IMG/VR virus record: IMGVR_UViG_3300049491_001058
DNA: 20,000 bases
From: an uncultured virus (IMG/VR IMGVR_UViG_3300049491_001058)
Lineage: Duplodnaviria; Heunggongvirae; Uroviricota; Caudoviricetes
Reading direction: 5' to 3' (one strand)
Made by a program: the position numbers and the translations under genes. Shown piece by piece: positions 17,402 through 20,000 of the stretch (positions are counted from its first letter, which is position 1; each line of letters opens with the position of its first letter). The notes below the pieces were generated by a model. That model did not search any database. It was not told the DNA's origin and saw only the letters and a program-made list of their open reading frames with translations.

Positions 17402-18112
17402 ATGAAATCCATTATTATTGCAATCGTCGCAGCGGTATCTTTCACCTATGGTTACGCCAAAGGTGAGACGGTCACCCAGAAAGCTATCGCAGGAGCTGAA
17501 ACCCTGGCCGCGAAAGCGATCACGGACGGCAACCTTACGGCAGCCAAGGGGTGGAGTGAAGTGGCAACCAACCTTCGCTTGGGGATGTATATCGCCCCAT
17601 TCGGAGATTTGGCCAGCCAGTTCAGCGGTCAGGTCAAAAACCTACCTGCCTTCATCAAAGCCTCAACAGAGGTCGAGGCGGCCAAGCCGATTACTGAATG
17701 GTATCAAAACCCGTTCAGCTCGGTGGCCGTCAGTGAGGTTCTCGCGAACAATCCGGAAGGGTTTAAGCGGGGTCTTGTTCAATCGGCTATTTGGAGCGCA
17801 GTCAGTTTCCCAGGAACCTGGGACGTGCGTGAAGAAGGGCAGAAAAAGCTCATGGATGCCATGAGCAAGGGTACGACCAAGGAGGAAGCAAAGGCAATCG
17901 AAGATGCCAATAAAAAGGCTGAAGAGATTGCCGAAAAGTTGGCTAAGCCAACACCAGTGCAATTCGAGGCGCTGAAGAGCTGGATCATCGCAGGATGTCC
18001 AACAACCAAGGATGAGTTCATCGTCCAGATAAGCACCCAAACCAAGGCGGCCATTAAGTTGGCCCCTTTGATCCCCCTTCTAAACGAAGGCGGAAAAGTT
18101 GCTGCCAAGTAA
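17402..18112 (+). CDS. Secreted or membrane-anchored hypothetical protein (236 aa), Ala/Lys-rich and helical
   Basis: Signal-peptide-like MKSIIIAIVAAVSFTYGYAKG; purine-rich AAAGGGG upstream; long clean ORF. Confidence 0.8.
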   Translation: MKSIIIAIVAAVSFTYGYAKGETVTQKAIAGAETLAAKAITDGNLTAAKGWSEVATNLRLGMYIAPFGDLASQFSGQVKNLPAFIKASTEVEAAKPITEWYQNPFSSVAVSEVLANNPEGFKRGLVQSAIWSAVSFPGTWDVREEGQKKLMDAMSKGTTKEEAKAIEDANKKAEEIAEKLAKPTPVQFEALKSWIIAGCPTTKDEFIVQISTQTKAAIKLAPLIPLLNEGGKVAAK

Positions 18113-18414
18113 TGAACTGCGGAACTACCCGCAATAACAAAGCGATCCCGGTGAGAAGCCGGGTAGAATTTCCACTGAAGCAGTGGTTGAGGACGAAGCC
18201 TTGTAAAAAATACGTAAACTACCAAATGTGCCTCCATCTGGCTGATGAAGGAGTTTGGAAGAGTCAAGCGCTTCGGCCGTTTGACGAAGGACACTTAAGC
18301 CCATTCCTTGGCAAGACCTTGGAAGCAATCAACATCGTGGTATTCGATGCTCTGTGCCAATTCCCCTTGTCGCTAGTTCATTTTTACGGCGATAAATGGA
18401 ACGATAAGCCATGA
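18112..18414 (+). CDS. Possible hypothetical protein (100 aa), or non-coding structured RNA
   Basis: TAATG coupling to the upstream gene supports it, but the composition is unremarkable and the interval is densely base-paired. Confidence 0.4.
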   Translation: MNCGTTRNNKAIPVRSRVEFPLKQWLRTKPCKKYVNYQMCLHLADEGVWKSQALRPFDEGHLSPFLGKTLEAINIVVFDALCQFPLSLVHFYGDKWNDKP

Positions 18415-18659
18415 GAGTCAGGCATTGACGGGTCCCATAACCCTGAATTCCAGGATCGCCGTGCGACGGTCTGCCATCCGTGGCTCGCACATTAATTTCA
18501 ACCCGCAGTTCGCCTTCTTGGCTGCGGGGCTTAGATAGAAAGAAGAGACCGAACGATCTAATGATCTATTACGTTACCAAGGATGGCCTCGTGATCTCTC
18601 CTCAGGAGTTCAGGGCAGGCGCTCGATAAGGGCTCCATCCGCTATGAGTAAGACTCGGG

Positions 18660-18695
18660 GTCTCAGCGACCTGTCAACAGAACGCTGAGATTTTT
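18660..18695 (+). terminator. Possible intrinsic terminator
   Basis: TCTCAGCG-AC-CTG-TCAA-CAG-AA-CGCTGAGA hairpin followed by TTTTT. Confidence 0.45.
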
Positions 18696-18877
18696 AGCCG
18701 ACAGCACTCCCTCTGCTTGGGAGAAATTTTCAGGCAGTCATGCCTCTCCCCAAAATGGCTACCCGACTCCTAGGGTAATTCTTCGTGTGTTAAATCACGT
18801 CCAGCCTTCCACCTTGAAAATGGAAGTTCAATACTTGGATTGAAGGAATTGGTTGAAAGACCGAGGAGTGCAATGAT

Positions 18878-19030
18878 ATGAGCTATGAGCCAGCAATGGA
18901 TCACGAAATGCGAGAAGAGATGCTCGCTAATGGAGACTCATGGGAAGAAGCCATAAGGCTCTTCCCGTTATCAGTAAGAGAGCTCCTTCTCTTAGAGCTC
19001 TCCAACAAAGCTATGGAGGTACCTCAATAG
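18878..19030 (+). CDS. Small acidic protein (50 aa), not in the ORF track: MSYEPAMDHEMREEMLANGDSWEEAIRLFPLSVRELLLLELSNKAMEVPQ
   Basis: SD GAGGAG at 18863-18868, 9 nt before the ATG; stop TAG lies 1 nt before the next ATG. Confidence 0.6.
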   Translation: MSYEPAMDHEMREEMLANGDSWEEAIRLFPLSVRELLLLELSNKAMEVPQ

Positions 19031-19031
19031 T

Positions 19032-19223
19032 ATGAAGGATATTATTCTCCATCTCCTGGGTGGAAGGCTCAAGGCTGCCATCCAGGAAAGGTCCAAACTT
19101 CCAAAAGGACACACCAATAACCTGCCAATGCAGATTATTGATAACTGGATTGGAGCTGGTCGAGGAAATTCGGAGGATCGAAAGTTCCTCCGACTTTACC
19201 TCGACCAAAACTTCCCTCGGTAA
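19032..19223 (+). CDS. Small hypothetical protein (63 aa)
   Basis: SD GGAGGT at 19015-19020; follows the 50-aa ORF by 1 nt. Confidence 0.55.
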   Translation: MKDIILHLLGGRLKAAIQERSKLPKGHTNNLPMQIIDNWIGAGRGNSEDRKFLRLYLDQNFPR

Positions 19224-19234
19224 AACGAGGGACA

Positions 19235-19319
19235 ACGGGCTCGCTTCGGCGTGTTGCGTTTTTATGTGCTTCCTGTAAAACGGAGGTATATGAAAATGCA
19301 ACACGTCGGAGCGGGCCGT
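19235..19319 (+). ncRNA. Long intergenic RNA hairpin (38 bp, one bulge, 8 G-U pairs)
   Basis: Arms 19235-19273 and 19282-19319 pair fully when G-U is allowed; loop TGTAAAAC. Confidence 0.75.
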
Positions 19320-19358
19320 GTTATTTGCATAGGCGTGCATTTTTCTTAGCTACTGAAA

Positions 19359-19607
19359 ATGAATCATTTTACTTTGGGAGGATGGGTTAGCCTCTCTATC
19401 TCTCTAGGGGCAAGAAAACTCTCAATGGAGCACCATGTGCTTTTTCGAGCTGTATTTTTTGACCTAGAGAAAGACAGAGACGCTTTTCTAGAATTAAGCG
19501 GAGAAGAGTTTCCGGACGAGTTTTTCGTCCCCGAGACGCTTGGTGGCGTCCCGATAATACAAAACAAGTTTTCGCCAATTTTGGCGAAGCAACAAAATGC
19601 ACCATGA
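19359..19607 (+). CDS. Small hypothetical protein (82 aa; the start may be the later MEHH)
   Basis: ATGA overlap with the next gene; acidic/aromatic C-terminal half looks protein-like. Confidence 0.55.
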   Translation: MNHFTLGGWVSLSISLGARKLSMEHHVLFRAVFFDLEKDRDAFLELSGEEFPDEFFVPETLGGVPIIQNKFSPILAKQQNAP

Positions 19608-19882
19608 ACCAGAAAACGTTAATTGGAAAAGTAACTGCTACAGCCAACTCAATCGCTGCAGCAGTTGAAAAAGCACTGGGCTTGTCCATCCAAGGACAGG
19701 CCCTTGTTGTGGCTGGCTTCATTGCTGGCTACTTCGGGCTCCAGGCGGTATTCACTTACCTGATCTGGGGGTTTGTCATCCTGACGGTTTTCCGGTTCGG
19801 CCGGGAGATCGCCAAGAAGGACGATGACGGCTCTCCTGGGGCCGAAATGACAGGGGTCGAAGTGCCCCCTCACCAGGAATAA
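19604..19882 (+). CDS. Small membrane protein (92 aa)
   Basis: Hydrophobic ALVVAGFIAGYFGLQAVFTYLIWGFVILTVF (1-2 TM segments) and an acidic C-tail. Confidence 0.7.
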   Translation: MNQKTLIGKVTATANSIAAAVEKALGLSIQGQALVVAGFIAGYFGLQAVFTYLIWGFVILTVFRFGREIAKKDDDGSPGAEMTGVEVPPHQE

Positions 19883-19886
19883 CAAA

Positions 19887-19920
19887 GCCCAGGTCAAGGA
19901 GTTCGCTTCTTGGCCTGGGT
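19887..19920 (+). other. 15-bp stem with UUCG tetraloop after the stop codon (3' stabiliser, processing site or atypical terminator)
   Basis: GCCCAGGTCAAGGAG-TTCG-CTTCTTGGCCTGGGT, 3 G-U pairs; no immediate U-tract. Confidence 0.7.
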
Positions 19921-20000
19921 AATCATTTTGATAACGACAAGCTGTGTCATGTTCAGTAGCTCAATAGAGAGCAGGTTCTTAAAGTGCCATAGGTTAAGGG

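Noticed and set aside
18139..18170. CCCGGTGAGAAGCCGGG resembling the cobalamin riboswitch hairpin
   Set aside because: No preceding AGGGAA and no downstream GCCACTG/B12-box arrangement.
18242..18295. CTGATGA as a hammerhead ribozyme core
   Set aside because: No stem II followed by GAAA at the right position.
18561..18778. Tiny ORFs MIYYVTKDGLVISPQEFRAGAR (18561-18629), MSKTRGLSDLSTER and MPLPKMATRLLG
   Set aside because: Too short and without a convincing RBS; cannot be supported from sequence alone.
302..19897. The many 60-170-aa minus-strand and alternate-frame ORFs
   Set aside because: They lie within better-supported + strand genes that tile the window, and show no motifs.
17147..20000. 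CRISPR array or REP-like repeat family explaining the hairpins
   Set aside because: The hairpins share no repeated primary sequence or regular spacing.
1..20000. Stop-codon reassignment, integrase, transposase or reverse transcriptase
   Set aside because: Genes tile cleanly in code 11 using TAA, TAG and TGA stops, and no such catalytic motifs were seen.

Overview
Most likely a segment of a large, uncharacterised tailed-phage (or prophage) genome. All credible genes are on the + strand and read in standard code 11. It has two distinct parts. (1) 1-17146 is a tightly coupled virion-structure operon: baseplate-like genes, a 750-aa fibre/adaptor, five tandem paralogues sharing a W-x3-N-S-x-R-x-[YF]-P N-terminus and a Cys-flanked ING-x5-G motif, three short Cys-capped collagen paralogues, a 32-Cys protein, a DUF6171-like protein and two tail-fibre-like genes (one with an apparent signal peptide, one with nested domains). 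(2) About 17186-20000 carries small orphan ORFs, and its + strand folds almost continuously into back-to-back hairpins rich in G-U pairs and UUCG/GNRA loops, even inside coding sequence. It includes a 38-bp stem and two long-range pairings that cover start codons. The best candidates for undescribed biology are this pervasively structured RNA region and the putative hetero-oligomeric, Cys-linked mini-collagen fibre module. All calls come from reading motifs by eye; no database search or folding computation was run.
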